From assembly GCA_963575745.1 (NCBI GenBank), contig CAUYUJ010000182.1, positions 62,001 to 117,154 on the forward strand: a stretch of DNA of 55,154 nucleotides. Reading direction: 5' to 3'. A program made the position numbers and the translations under genes. Position 1 is the stretch's first letter, and every line of letters starts with the position of its first letter. Positions 21,005 to 33,416 of the stretch are shown piece by piece. The notes beneath the pieces are model-generated. The model did no database searches. It had not been told where the DNA came from and saw only the letters and a program-made list of their open reading frames with translations. Source of the DNA: Prorocentrum cordatum. Taxonomy: Eukaryota.

Positions 21005-23251
21005 ATGCGCGGCGCACTCGCTCAGCAGGGGCAGGACGCTGCAAGGCTCGCGCCGGCGCCGACTCGGAGACGGATCAGAGGCAAGAGCGCGGCGGACGAC
21101 GTCGGCGAGAGCTGGGTGTGCCTCGCGGCCGAGCAGCGCGAGCCCCACGAGCTCGCGGACGTGGGCTCGGCGGAGACACCTGAATCCCCGAGCGGCGATG
21201 AGGGTGAGACAGTGGTGCGGACAGAGTTGTTCGACTGCCTGGAAAATGAAGTCAAGAGCTACTCTGCAGGGGTGAAGCTCCTGCGCCCCAAGCGGGACAG
21301 CGAGGGCGTGCAGTTGAAATTTGCTTGCGGTTTATGTCCGTTCCGGTCGTTCTCGACGCAGGTACTCCTGGCCGCGCACGTCTCGAAGTACCACCTCAGA
21401 AAGACGCGCTTCGTGGCCTCTGGCACGAAGCAGTTCAATGTCGTGTGCGCGTTGTTCGACAACGACCGGCTTCTGCGAGCTCCAACGGGGAACCTTCTGA
21501 GGCGGTCTGCAGCGGTCCTGCGGGAGACAGTATCTCCTGCCGTTCATCGCGGACAGAATGCCATTGACAAGGATATTGTCCTAGTTCTCGACGACGACGG
21601 GCCCTCGTATCAGAACAAGGCAGCGGTGGGGCAGAATCTCGCGTGCAGACGAGCGGGGTACACGTGCTATACCCGTGGCTTCGCCGATATCCTGTTGCAG
21701 GAGTCCTTGCGCCACCATGGGCGCGCGCGCCCGGCGATGCTGCGGGCGTGCGCTCGCGTCGCGGAGCAGGGCTCCGAGTTGAGCAGCATGCTGCCGACCG
21801 CCGTTGAGCACTGGCTAGAACTTATGGAAGACGTGTTCAACTGCGCGCACGTAGAGAGGCGCAGCGCTGCGTTGATGGAAGAATGCCACCGACGCAAGGA
21901 ATTCCTCCACATCTCCATGGACGCCACTATCCGCATTCTGCGCAACGTCAAGGGCCAGGCAGACTATCGGTCTGCACAAGCAGTGCGCGATGCTGCACCC
22001 GTGCCAGACGTGGACGCCAAGTGCCGCGTTCTGACTCTCGCGGGCCGGACGGGGGCGGCGCTCGGCGTTTTTTTGACGAAGGACGAGGGGGCTGATGAAA
22101 TAGCTGGAGCCCTTGCAGCTCGTTGGTCGGCGGCGTGCAGATCGCAGACGGCGTCCGTCGCCAGTGACCAGCCGAGCAGCGCGCTACTCCGTGTCTTGCG
22201 AGGTTCATGTTTTCCCAATTTATCGGTCTTGAGCCTCGACCCTGTTCATCTGCCCATCACGTACGAGGAGACGCACTGGAGGAAAAAGACAGTGGGATCG
22301 CGATTATTGCGGATACTAGTGGCCAAATTTACGAAGGTGGATTGCACGCTGCCCGCGCACTACTGGGGGGCGCCGTTCGACGGGACGAACGCCCCGAACC
22401 TGCAGCCAATAGAGGAGCGCGCGCGAGCACAGATACTCGATCATTCACTGGTGAAGTCGCGAGCTCAATACGTTATCGACAACGTGAACGCCGAGCTGCC
22501 ATGGAAAACGACGCACGAGTTCATCGAAGCTATCGCCGCGCTGAGCGCATTGGTTCCAGAAGAGCTTGCTCGCCGCACTCGCGTGAATAACGTTCAACTC
22601 AAGAGATTGCTTTACAATGCGACCGCCCCAGCCCGCATGCAATGGTTCTTCAATAATCAGCGATTCAGGCATTCCTTGCCGGCGGCGCGCTCAGCCCTGT
22701 TGGGGTCTGGCACGTCCGTCAACAAACCCTTCGACCACGAAATCAACGCGTGGTTTCGCAACCAGGGAGACTTCTACGCTTCGACGGCGGAGCTGCAACT
22801 TAGGATTGGCTTCTTGGGCAAGCTGCAAGCCCACAATTGCGCGCTGTATTCGCCGACGCTGCGGCAGCTGCGACAGGCCAACGTGCTATCGCGAAGCATT
22901 ATGGCATGGGCTTTCCCCGTGGATGATTGGAAGAGTTACTGTGCGCTCCTGGAGCAGCGCGGCGCCGACGTCCTGGCGCCCGCGCGGCTTCCGCTCCGCG
23001 AAGCCCGACAGAGAGTCGCACGGCTGATTGCCGAACGCGCCGCGTGCGCTCGGGGAAAGCCAGCGGCGCGCGAGGCCGGGACTGCCGGGCGGCGCGGTGC
23101 TCAGAAGAAACCCGCTGCAAGGGCGCTCTTGGACAGTCTGCGCGATCGCAGAGTGCCTAGGATCAAGAGAACAGCTTTCACTTTGAAACGCAAGCCCGCG
23201 TCGCGCGGCGCTGCTGGCGAAGCCCCCGCCGCGCGCGCTCGCCAGCGGTAG
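21005..23251 (+). CDS. C2H2 zinc finger + DDE transposase-like protein with DxxH signature (MULE/ISL3/KDZ-like), possibly catalytically dead
   Basis: CGLCPF..HVSKYH; ISMDAT (D at 21920), ASDQP (D at 22166), LDPVH (22238-22249); SGTSVNKPFDHEIN where E would be expected (AAA at 22724). Basic RRRIRGK and KKPAA termini. Start chosen at the first ATG after the hairpins. Confidence 0.65.
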   Translation: MRGALAQQGQDAARLAPAPTRRRIRGKSAADDVGESWVCLAAEQREPHELADVGSAETPESPSGDEGETVVRTELFDCLENEVKSYSAGVKLLRPKRDSEGVQLKFACGLCPFRSFSTQVLLAAHVSKYHLRKTRFVASGTKQFNVVCALFDNDRLLRAPTGNLLRRSAAVLRETVSPAVHRGQNAIDKDIVLVLDDDGPSYQNKAAVGQNLACRRAGYTCYTRGFADILLQESLRHHGRARPAMLRACARVAEQGSELSSMLPTAVEHWLELMEDVFNCAHVERRSAALMEECHRRKEFLHISMDATIRILRNVKGQADYRSAQAVRDAAPVPDVDAKCRVLTLAGRTGAALGVFLTKDEGADEIAGALAARWSAACRSQTASVASDQPSSALLRVLRGSCFPNLSVLSLDPVHLPITYEETHWRKKTVGSRLLRILVAKFTKVDCTLPAHYWGAPFDGTNAPNLQPIEERARAQILDHSLVKSRAQYVIDNVNAELPWKTTHEFIEAIAALSALVPEELARRTRVNNVQLKRLLYNATAPARMQWFFNNQRFRHSLPAARSALLGSGTSVNKPFDHEINAWFRNQGDFYASTAELQLRIGFLGKLQAHNCALYSPTLRQLRQANVLSRSIMAWAFPVDDWKSYCALLEQRGADVLAPARLPLREARQRVARLIAERAACARGKPAAREAGTAGRRGAQKKPAARALLDSLRDRRVPRIKRTAFTLKRKPASRGAAGEAPAARARQR

Positions 23252-23499
23252 CAGATGCCGATTTTTATCTATTCGTCGGCGCTCAAAGTTTCCATTCCGT
23301 GCCCTTCCTCTCCCTATGCGCACTTTCTCTGAGTCGGTCTCGGGGTCATGTCTTCGGTAGAGTCTCAAGACCTTACATCCATGGGCGCCTGAAGCATAGC
23401 ATAACAGAAGGGATAAGGGTAGTGATGGAGTGAAAATACGGAAAGAGAGGGGACGCACATTATACCACAATCGTCCCCTTACATATATATATATATACC

Positions 23500-23792
23500 C
23501 GTATCTATCGTCAAAGAATGGCAGTGCACGGCCGTATCTATTCGTATTGCATTTTGTCAGAACGGATGTTGTTGGCTGTGCTCTCGGAGCGAACAAGATC
23601 CATGATATTGGTCGACGCAATGAGGAATGGGATGGGGAGAGTGGGAAGCAGTATCGATGAGGAGCGAAGAGACGAGTGACAACGACAAAACGACGAGGAG
23701 TAGGTTGGATAAGAACGACGAAACGAGATTTCAAACAGAACCGGGTAGGAACAGGGATTCAGAGGAAGTGGATAGCAACGAGGAGGAGGAGG

Positions 23793-23828
<36 letters not shown>

Positions 23829-24310
23829 AGGAGGAGGCTGAAGACGAGGACGAGAACGAGGAAGATGCTCAAATGGAAAGTGAAAGGGGTGGTGCGGGGT
23901 GCGGGCGAGGAGGTTTTAGGAGTACTGGCGGGGAGGTTGACGACGACGATGCGTTGAGGCAGGAGGAGAGGGGCCCAGGGAACGGAGGAAGGAAAAAAGA
24001 AGGAGAGCAATTACGACGCGGAGGACGAGGACAATGAGTAATGTGCATTGTCTTCCCTGTTCGTGGTCATTGAGCGGCCCAGGTCTGGCAGTGGAGACAT
24101 GGCGCCGTATCTATCCGTACCTGATTTTGGTCGACATGTTTTACAGCGGTGGGCGCCATACTGAACCGTATCTAAACATACATCTATATATGGCCGTATA
24201 TAACAATGTCCCTGTATCTAAATTTACACAACACGTGCCTCCCGAATCGAAATGCGTAAGAAGTCGTATCCAAACGTGTATATGTTTGAAACAAAGCTAC
24301 TCGTATCTAA
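23500..24310. repeat. Dispersed CGTATCTA-type boxes in AT-richer DNA, interrupted by a purine-rich GAG tract
   Basis: Copies at ~23500, 23533, 24106, 24167, 24213, 24265 and 24302. Confidence 0.7.
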
Positions 24311-24689
24311 TTGTTTCAAAGAAAACGCAGTAAAACACAGATGGTTCAGGGGCATTGTTTCTTTCTGCCGTGCGACCGTCCGAATGCAGCTGCCGCTGGG
24401 AAAATCAGCAACCAACATTGATTTGATACATGTGTCTTCCAGGGGCGTGGCCTGGCGCGCCACGGGCCGATTTCGCGAGGGTGTTTCGAGCGAGAGCCTT
24501 GCTGGGACGCGCTTGGCGCGCGCCCTGGTCCTGGTCCCTGCAGGGGCGCGGTGGGGCATGACCTACTACTAGCGCGGTGGGTGTCGACTTTGCGAGGACG
24601 TCTCGAGCGAGAGCCCTGCTGGGACACGCCCCGCGCGGGGCCTGGAAGTGGTTTCGTGGGGCGCGGTGGGGTCTGACCTACTCGGGCAT

Positions 24690-25080
24690 TGACGACGATG
24701 ACGCTGACGACCACGACAACGATGATGATTGTGATGATGACGAGGACATTGATGATGCTGATGATGCTGATCGTGTTGGTGATGCAGACGATGATGCGGA
24801 TGCTGATACTGGCGATGGTGATGATAATGCTGGTTGTGTTGATGGTGATGATTGTTTTGATGAAAATGCTGCTGGTGATGATGACGGGTGGTGATGATGT
24901 TGATGGTGATGTTGAGGTTGATGGTGATGTGGTGATGATGTTGACGATTATGGTGATGATGTTGATGCTGCTGATGGTGGTGAATATTAGGAGGATGTTG
25001 CTGGTGCTGTTGATGCTTATTCAGCGTATGATGATGAATGTGATTCGGATGATGGTTCTGTTGCGCCGGGATGCTGAATG
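24690..25080. repeat. Degenerate (GAT)n microsatellite
   Basis: Direct reading. Confidence 0.9.
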
Positions 25081-25082
25081 TG

Positions 25083-25182
25083 NNNNNNNNNNNNNNNNNN
25101 NNNNNNNNNNNNNNNNNNNNNNNNNNNNNNNNNNNNNNNNNNNNNNNNNNNNNNNNNNNNNNNNNNNNNNNNNNNNNNNNNN
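25083..25182. other. Assembly gap (100 N)
   Basis: Run of N; true distance unknown. Confidence 1.
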
Positions 25183-28110
25183 GAGGAGGGAGGAGGGAGG
25201 AGGGAGGAGGGAGGAGGGAGGAGGATGAGGAGGAGGAGGAGGAGGCTTCTGGGAGCCGCGTGCTGCACAGAATCAAGGCGTCGGTTCTTCGGGCCCGGGG
25301 CTCGAGGACGAGACGGCCGCGTGAGCACCCCTGGCCTGCGTTCCGCGCGGGCGCCTGTGGGCGGCGGTGGGTCCCCGAAAGCGCAGCGGTCGCCGAGCAC
25401 TCCTTCTCCACGAGGCCAGCGCTCACCGTCCGGTTCCCCTGGCCTGCGGCACTCGCCGCGCAGGACACTTTTTTACCATCGCAGCGGAGCCCAGCGGCAA
25501 GACGAGGGAACGACAGACGAAGACAACGACGGCGGCGACGACGAGGGAGAGGAGGGAAAGGAAGGGCGAGGGGGCAAGCGCCCGCGCCCGCGCGGCCTCG
25601 CGCCGTGCTGTGTCGCCGCGCACGACACAGCACGGCGTGGGAAAGGGTGCAGAACGGGAAGTGGTTGGGGATCGGGATTCTGATCTGGGCGTCGGGAGAA
25701 GGACGGGGGAAAGCCGGCCCGAGCAGAAGATGGCTGCGGGAGGCGCAGGGCAGGAAGAGTGGGGCTGAAGGGAAGAGCACCTGTGCACTGAGCACAGCAG
25801 AATTGCAGCGCCCAGAAATCTCTGTTCCCTTTAGCCCTCTAAGCACATGCTCACATTCTCACAGTTCACCTCTTGGGCCGATGTCCTGCCTCACTCCGCA
25901 CCTTGTGAGCCGCCAGCGTGTCCTCCTCCTCCTCCTTCACTATGCACAGCGACCCGTTTCTCATGAGATCCACAATCAAATCCATCCTCGCCTTGCGTTT
26001 GGTAAGCCCATCCACCAGCATAGCAGGGCGTGTAGCGTGGAGTCCACCACTCTGGTCATTCGTGACCTTCTCCATGCCAACAAACTCGCGGGCCCACGCT
26101 TCCCAGCGGCAACCTCACGCGTAGTAGCAAGTACTGCATATGCTCCCTGTGATCCTCCTTGGCTGCTGTTGTGGAGACTGGCGTCTGAGACCGAAACCCA
26201 CATCAACTCCTCAAACGGAATAGACCATACCGTGATACCCAATTCTGCAGTCTCCTTCATGTGCTTCACCAGCTGGTTGATCTCCTTCACGTCGTCGTAC
26301 GTCAGCTTGCACAGAGCATGCTGCAGTAAACTGTATCTTCCTTCACCGTCCGCTCGAAGTTCTCACGTGAGCCAATTGAGAGACCCAAGTACCGCACGTG
26401 CCTGACTGCATTCCCCGGGCGTGCGGCCCTCGCATCCATTATTCCCCTTGGTTACCTTCACGGGTGCAAGTCTCTCTTCTATGAACATCTTCATGCTCAC
26501 ATGGAAATTGAACCCCTCGTCCTGCGTATAGTGACGGCCATTGAACATCGCGCCTTCCGAGTCCTTCCACAGCGACTTAACCTTCCCGAACCTCCTCAGG
26601 TCCCTCAGCTGATTCATCTTCTCCTGGTGCCGTCCGCCACCAACATCAAAGATATCGTCGACCTCCACGACCACGATCCCCTCGACGTCCGCCCGGTACT
26701 GAATACCTGGTCCATTAACTCCGCGTTGTCCTCCCATGTCTGCAAGCCGCACTAGCGGCTTTACTGGCGTCTCGACAGGGAACAGCATGAATACCGTGGG
26801 ATCCAGCCTACTTGAACGATAGCCGAGCTCCACCAAATCTCTCTTGAGCCCCTTTCGGAAATGAAGGGGTGCACCTACCAGCCCATAGACTCCTGAGACC
26901 AGCTCGATCAATTGCCCGGGATCCATGCCTGGTAGTCCGCTCTTCGGCTGCTCAGCGTCCAGCTTGCCATTCTCCCTTACAGTCGGGGCGCTGAATAAGG
27001 AACCCCTTTCGTTGGGGAGGGGCTCCGTGCTCCCTCATTGTTTCGCATTTGGCCTCAGATGTTCCTTGGATTTTCGATGGGAAGTCGAAGTTTAACTTCT
27101 GGAGAAAAGGGGCCTCGTTCCTTATGTAAGGTTCCTCAAGTCAACACCCCGATGGTACTAGCCTGTCGGACTGCACGAATGCCTTCCGCAGGTCTCCGAT
27201 ATGGTGGCCTTCCACTTGCTGGACGCCGCAGTCTGCAGAACCATCATGAGAGAATTCGTCGTCACCGTCGGAGCTGGCCTGACTGATGACATGAACTCTG
27301 GATCCTGGTCTTCCCTCACACTTTGTGGGCCCCGGAAGCGGCAAGGCCGTTTTTTCTCCGCTCCCACAAAAAAGTCCTTTGAACATGGAAACGGCAAAAC
27401 AACGGCGACCGGAAACGGCAACAAAAACAGCTCCAGGATTGGACCCGGAGCTGGAACCGGTCAGAAAACGGCAAGACGGAACCGGTAACAAAACGGCGTC
27501 GGAATTTGCAAAAAAAAGGCAAAACGGAACCGGTAACAAAAACGGCCCTTGTCGTTTCCAGGGCCCACGAAGCCCTCACACACCCTCTGCTCTTGAAGCT
27601 CGCGGGCACTCCGATCTGTTCCGGCGGCTTCTTTCTCCTTCCCGTGCGCGAAGGATCGGGGGCGGCAAAGAGGGGGGTGATGACTAGGGGGGGTGGATAT
27701 CATGGTGGGGGCCACGATATTTCCCCAGATCTCATGGCGCCTCTTCTTGTTTCATGACGTCCCTGGCCCCCCCGCTGGGCCGCGCACATGCCGCCGGTCA
27801 CGATTTGCACCCCCCCTCTTGGACACCCCCCTCTTGGCCGCTACCGAAAGGAATGACACGATCCTTCTTCCCCTGGCGCGCTGGAGCCTCTCGCACCCTG
27901 CGGCTGTCCTCCCGCGACAGCACACGTACCCCTCCAGTGGATCTCACCCCATCCCATGCGGTAGTATCTGACGCAATCCGCTCGGGCCATTCCTCCGCGG
28001 GGACATGTCGCTCTTGCACTTCGTCTCCCCCACGCTTCTCGGTAGATATACACACCCACGTCCGACGCACATTCGGAGGCTGCCTTAAGACGACTGAAAC
28101 ATCTGCCCTC

Positions 28111-28342
28111 CTCCGTTTCATTCCACCAGCCATTGCCGAGCAGGCCTTCGTTTCCCGCCTCAGGAGTAGGACTCGTCCTCGGAGCCTTTGAACCCAGGTC
28201 CAGCTTCTGGTTCGCATTGAACACCCGCTCGATTGCAGCCTCGAGCCGGCGCCTCAAAATCTGTCCTCCTCCGTTTCATTCCACCAGCCAATGCCGAGCA
28301 GGTCTTCGTCCTCCGCCTCGGGAGTAGAACGCGCCCTCGGAT
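28111..28342. repeat. Direct duplication (~70 bp, spaced 159 bp)
   Basis: CTCCGTTTCATTCCACCAGCCA..GCCGAGCAGG..CGCCTC..GGAGTAG at 28111 and 28270. Confidence 0.85.
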
Positions 28343-28463
28343 TTTTTTGAGCCCCGGCCCAGGTGCTGGCTCTCACGGACCGCCCGCTCGATTTGGCAGC
28401 CTCGCTCCGGGCGCCTCGCCGGCCCAGGCCCTCCTCCTCCCCCTCCCAACCTTCTGTCCGACG

Positions 28464-28635
28464 TGTCCCCCTACAGGGGGATCTTCGACGAAAAATGCAA
28501 AAAGACCCGAAAAATACCCCACGAGGGTCAAAAAACACTCCAAAAATAGTCCCCAGGCTGTTTTGGGATTATGTTTTGATTCTTTTCGGAATACTTTTTT
28601 ATGTGTTTCGTCGAAAATCCCCCTGTAGGGGGACA
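28464..28635. mobile_element. MITE-like element with ~30-bp terminal inverted repeats
   Basis: TGTCCCCCTACAGGGGGATCTTCGACGAAA ... TTTCGTCGAAAATCCCCCTGTAGGGGGACA around an A-rich then T-rich interior; related copy at 43955-44139. Confidence 0.75.
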
Positions 28636-30410
28636 GGCCCTCATTGTCCTCCTTCTACCTGCGTACCAGCCCGCGGCTGAGCCCCGACACGTCCAACTCC
28701 ATTCCGGGGGTGTCCGACGCCTCCTCGCTGCTCTTGGCAGCCGCCGCGGCAGCTCTCCAGAGTAGCTCCTCTCGCTCCTCCTCCTTGTCATGGGACTCAT
28801 TCCTTGGCTTGGCGTTTCGCTCGAACGGCTCGTCCAGTGCATCTCTCACTTCCTTCTCGATTCCCTTGCGCATCTCCTCGTCTTCGGGATCCTCCTGGGC
28901 CTGCTCCTGGGCTGTCTCCATGGGTTCAGAGGGTTCTTCAGGTTGAGATGCTTCCTGCTCCGCTTCTGCACTTCCTTCGTCTTCCGAGGGTGGAGCTGGG
29001 ACACCCTCTGCAGGTTCTCCACGTGGACCTGGAGGTTCCTCAACCAGTCGAGGCTCAGCGCGTTTTTCATGAGGTTGATGGAATTCGCAATTTCCGCCCC
29101 AAGGCCACTTAAAAGGTGGTCCCTCTGTGGCCACGTCGGAGAACCAATGTCTCTTCCCGCGTTTAGATAGCTGTTCTCGAAGACCATCGTAGTGGGCGCT
29201 TAGAAGTTCAGCACCTCGACAGTCATCACTTGTCGCAAGCATCACCTGCTCCAGGCTGCACTGCCACAGGTCACCCTTGTGGTTCACCCACATACCATAC
29301 AGACCCGTCCTTCACCATGAGCACGACACACGGCCCAATCCACCTCTCTTTCTTGTAGTCTGGACTCCACCGATCACCGCTATCCTTGGTGAATTTCCTC
29401 CATACTCCTAACCCAATCTCCTGGTTGTACAGTCAACCCGCATAGTTAGGCGCGGGTGCTCGAAAATAAAGTATCTGCCTGCAGCATGCCTCTCGGCCAA
29501 CACCTTGACGGTGAAACGTAGGTGTAGTTGGCCAGAACTGAGATGTGGTCGCGCCTTCTTCGAATCCATGTGGCCTTAGTTCCACTCCAGCAACGCACAG
29601 AAAGGACCGCATGGCGGAGAGACCACCGTAAGATCCGGATCGCGTGCACGAACATCTGCCACGCACTCCGCATGATCTTGAGCTCATCGAAGCTCTAGCC
29701 CATCTTGAGATCATAAGCGGTGCCCGTTCCCCAGCCTCTTCTCTCCAGCTCCTCCGTAACTCGAGGCATTGAGTTGATCTCGGCGACCTTGATTTGCTGC
29801 TCCTGGCGTATCCTTGCCAGCACGTTTGGGGCACGTCCTTCATCTCTTCGTCCAGCACGTCCCAGTTGACCAAGACAGCTCCGCCACCCAGGCTTTCTGG
29901 CGCCTCCGAGAGCTCCTCCTCAACCTCTTGGTTCTTCAGCCTCCAGCATCACCTGCCGACCACGTAGACTCGATCGTGCTGAAGCTTCTTCGCCGTCTTG
30001 AGCATCTCCTCCGTGGTGATGAGGACCACGCCGTCGCCACCGCATTCTGGCTCCTTCTCCATGCCCAGCTGGTTCCACCTGACGAGCCTGCCGGTCACAA
30101 TGTCTTTGATCTCCTTTAGTCCTCCCCCGACCACCAGCCGCAGTCCTCGTACTCCATCAGGTCGCCGCCTCGCTTGCGTATCGTCTTCCGCTCCGGCGGT
30201 GGTGGACCTGGTCCCTCCGCCCCCGGTGTCGCCTGTGCCGACGAACGCGAGGGTGCTGGCTTCGGCGCTGCCCTCATCGCTGCGGCCCTCTGAGGGGGCT
30301 CCCCGAAGACCTCCTCCATTGGCTCCTCCTTCAGCCGCAGCAGAGTCCTTGTCTTGTGCAGCGCCATCAGCAGATGAGCTTTCGGCCCCTTCTCCCACCG
30401 CCCTCCGCAC

Positions 30411-30450
<40 letters not shown>

Positions 30451-30532
30451 CTACTACTACTACTAGTACTGGTAGTACTAGTAGGAGTAGTCGCAGTCGC
30501 AGTCGTAGTCGTAGTCGTAGGTTAGTAGTAGC

Positions 30533-30576
<44 letters not shown>

Positions 30577-30608
30577 TAGTCGTGGTCGTAGTAGTAGTAG
30601 TAGTAGTC

Positions 30609-30652
<44 letters not shown>

Positions 30653-30780
30653 TAGTAGTAGTAGTAGTAGTAGTAAGTCGAGTAGTAGTTAGTAGTTAGT
30701 AAGTTCTAGTAGTAGTAGTTTAGTAGTAGTAGTGGTGGTAGTGTAGTAGTGTAGTGGTAGTGTAGTAGTGGTCGTAGAGT

Positions 30781-30829
<49 letters not shown>

Positions 30830-31075
30830 CGTTTAGTAGTTGTAGTGTAGTAGTAGTCGTAGTAGTAGTAGTCGTAGTAGTTAGTAGTAGTAGTAGTTGT
30901 AGTAGTAGTAGTGTTGTTGTGGTAGTTGTCGGGGTTCGTAGTAGTAGTAGTAGTCGTAGTAGTAGTAGAAGTGTAGTTGGTAGTAAGTAGTAGTAGTAGT
31001 AGTAGTGTTAGTGGTAGTGGTAGTGGTTAGTGGTAGTTTGGTAGTGGTAGTTGTGTGGTCGTAGTATTAGTATAT

Positions 31076-31112
<37 letters not shown>

Positions 31113-31510
31113 CGTAGTAGTATTAGTATTAGTAGTAGTTCAGTATAGTGTAGTAGTAGTAGTAGTAGTCGTAGTAGTAAGTTAGTAGTACAGTAGTAGT
31201 AGTAGTAGTGGTAGATAGTAGTAGTAGAGTAGTAACAGTAACGACGTAGTAGTAGTAGTGTAGTAGTAGTTAGGAGTAGTAGTAGTGTAGTAGTAGTAGT
31301 AGTAGTAGTAGGAGTTAGAGTAGTTCGTAGTAGTATATGTAGTAGTAGTAGTAGTAGTAGTAGTCGTAGTAGTTAGTAGTAGTAGTAGTAGTAGTTAGTA
31401 GAGTAGTAGTAGTAGTTAGCAGTAGTTAGTTAGTAGTAGTGGTAGTGGTAGTGGTAGTGTAGTGTAGTTAGTGAGTAGTAGTAGTTAGCTGTGTATTAGT
31501 AGTAGTAAGT

Positions 31511-31557
<47 letters not shown>

Positions 31558-31574
31558 ATAGTAGTAGTAGTAGC

Positions 31575-31624
<50 letters not shown>

Positions 31625-31750
31625 AAGAAGTAGAAGTAGTAGTAGTAAGAGTAGTGGTAGTAGTGGTAGTGGTGGTGATGGTGGTGGTATTTGTAATTGT
31701 TGTTGTAGTAGTAGTAGTAGTAGTAGTAGAAGAAGAAGAAGAAGTAGTAG
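30411..31750. repeat. Long imperfect (AGT)n microsatellite
   Basis: Direct reading; it abruptly truncates the copia remnant. Confidence 0.97.
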
Positions 31751-33289
31751 TTGTAGCCGCTGCTGTCAAAAAAACTAAGCCTAACAGTTAATTTGAATTG
31801 GAAGCGGTGCACTTTGAAAAGAACACGGTGCGAACCCCTGGATGAGCTCTTTGATAGGCATCGGGAAGGGGGGATCAACAATACGTATTCTACAAGACAC
31901 GAGAGTTCAACAACAACACACATCAAACCAAAAACAACGACAACAATACCAGCAGCCACAGCAACAACGAAACCAGCATCAAACACAACCGCATTCAGTT
32001 TAAGACTGATTTCTCCTACCTGGTCGCGTGACACTCAGCACGTTTATCCCAAACCCTCAGTACCCGCCATATTCGCCAGCCATCTTTGTCTTCGATCGTA
32101 CCCCATTTGAGACTCATCTTCCTCACCTGCCACGTGGATTTAGCGAAGCCCTTCATACAGGGGAAGAGAGGACGGATGGAACGGGGAGGGGGAAGGATGG
32201 AGCACCAGAGAAACTAGCAGCAAGGGGGCTAGGAGCAGAACACATTTGGCAGAGCCAGATGGTTAGATTGGGCGGGCAGACGCTAGCGGGCGGGTCGGGA
32301 AGGCGGGCCAATGCGGCCAGGTCGAGCAGGCGGGTTGCTGAAGCGTGAGTCCTGCATGAATCGCGAGGAGGTCTCAAGCGATAGCGCGATAGCGTCCAGG
32401 AGGGGGAGTTTGAATAAAATGAGAGGGCGTCCCGCGCGAGAGCGCGATTCCTGCGCAAATTGTTCGGAACTCCCGCGAAAGAGTTCGAGTTGGGAATACA
32501 TTGTGAGGAAGTATCAGGCGGAAGCCGTTGTTGAGCTTTCATTTCTCAAGATTAAGTATTGTTGATCCCTCTTCCGTCGCACATCGTTTCTCCCATTGAA
32601 ATTCCCTTCGCTGGCCTCGCACCCTTGTTGAATTCTTTATATAGGGGATCATGAAAGCATTGCTGCTCAATTTGGTCCCTGGGCCCCCCCCCGGCTGCAA
32701 CAACAGTGGTTCCCGCCGGGCATTGCTTCGCAATGGTATACCACGTCCCCACGCGGGCTCCCCAACGACTGCTACCAGAGTCGGGCTCTCGCGGGGAACG
32801 CCCTCGCCATGTATTCCGACGCCGCGCCCTCGACACTCAGGAATCACGCCCTCGCGGCGGGTGTCCTCACAGCTTCCTTGGGGATCGCGCTGTCGCTTGG
32901 GATCTCTTCGCGAATCAAGCAAGGCTCACGCTTCGGCAGCCCGCTTGCTCAACCTGGCCGCCTGGGCCCTTCTTCCGACCTCGCTCACTGGGGTCTGCCG
33001 ACCCGATCTGCCAGTTTTGTTCTACCACGTGTGTTCTGCTCCTCGCCCCCTTCCTGCTAGTTTCTCTGGTGCTCCATCAGTTCTCCTCCCCCTTCCATCC
33101 GTCCTGTCTGCCCCTGTTTGAAGGCGATCCGCTAAATCCACGTGGAAGGTGAGGAAGGTGTACCCCCGAGTGGGCACGTTCCAAGACGAAGAGGGCGTGT
33201 ACCGAGGGTTTGGGATATACGCATTGAGCAGCACGTAGGGCAGAAACGAACGAACAGTCTTAACATAATTGCTGTTTTTGTTGGCGGGG

Positions 33290-33294
33290 GTGTT

Positions 33295-33334
<40 letters not shown>

Positions 33335-33335
33335 C

Positions 33336-33366
<31 letters not shown>

Positions 33367-33368
33367 GC

Positions 33369-33416
<48 letters not shown>

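Larger units (their letters stand above)
25866..30410 (-). mobile_element. Degenerate Ty1/copia-type LTR retrotransposon pol remnant (integrase region - RT - RNase H), interrupted at ~26995-28640
   Basis: RT: VYGLVGAPLHF..LVELGY..LDPTVF..VVEVDDI (26363-26990). RNase H: VSDAS..SQGAY..LAWR (25976-26290). Post-integrase W.GP / WVNHKGDLWQCSLEQV (~29240-29345). IN-RT-RH order is the copia order. Many frameshifts; no LTR recognised. Confidence 0.85.

Noticed and set aside
30650..31500. Apparent information in the irregular part of the (AGT)n tract
   Set aside because: Scattered 1-2 nt indels look like slippage or low-quality read consensus.
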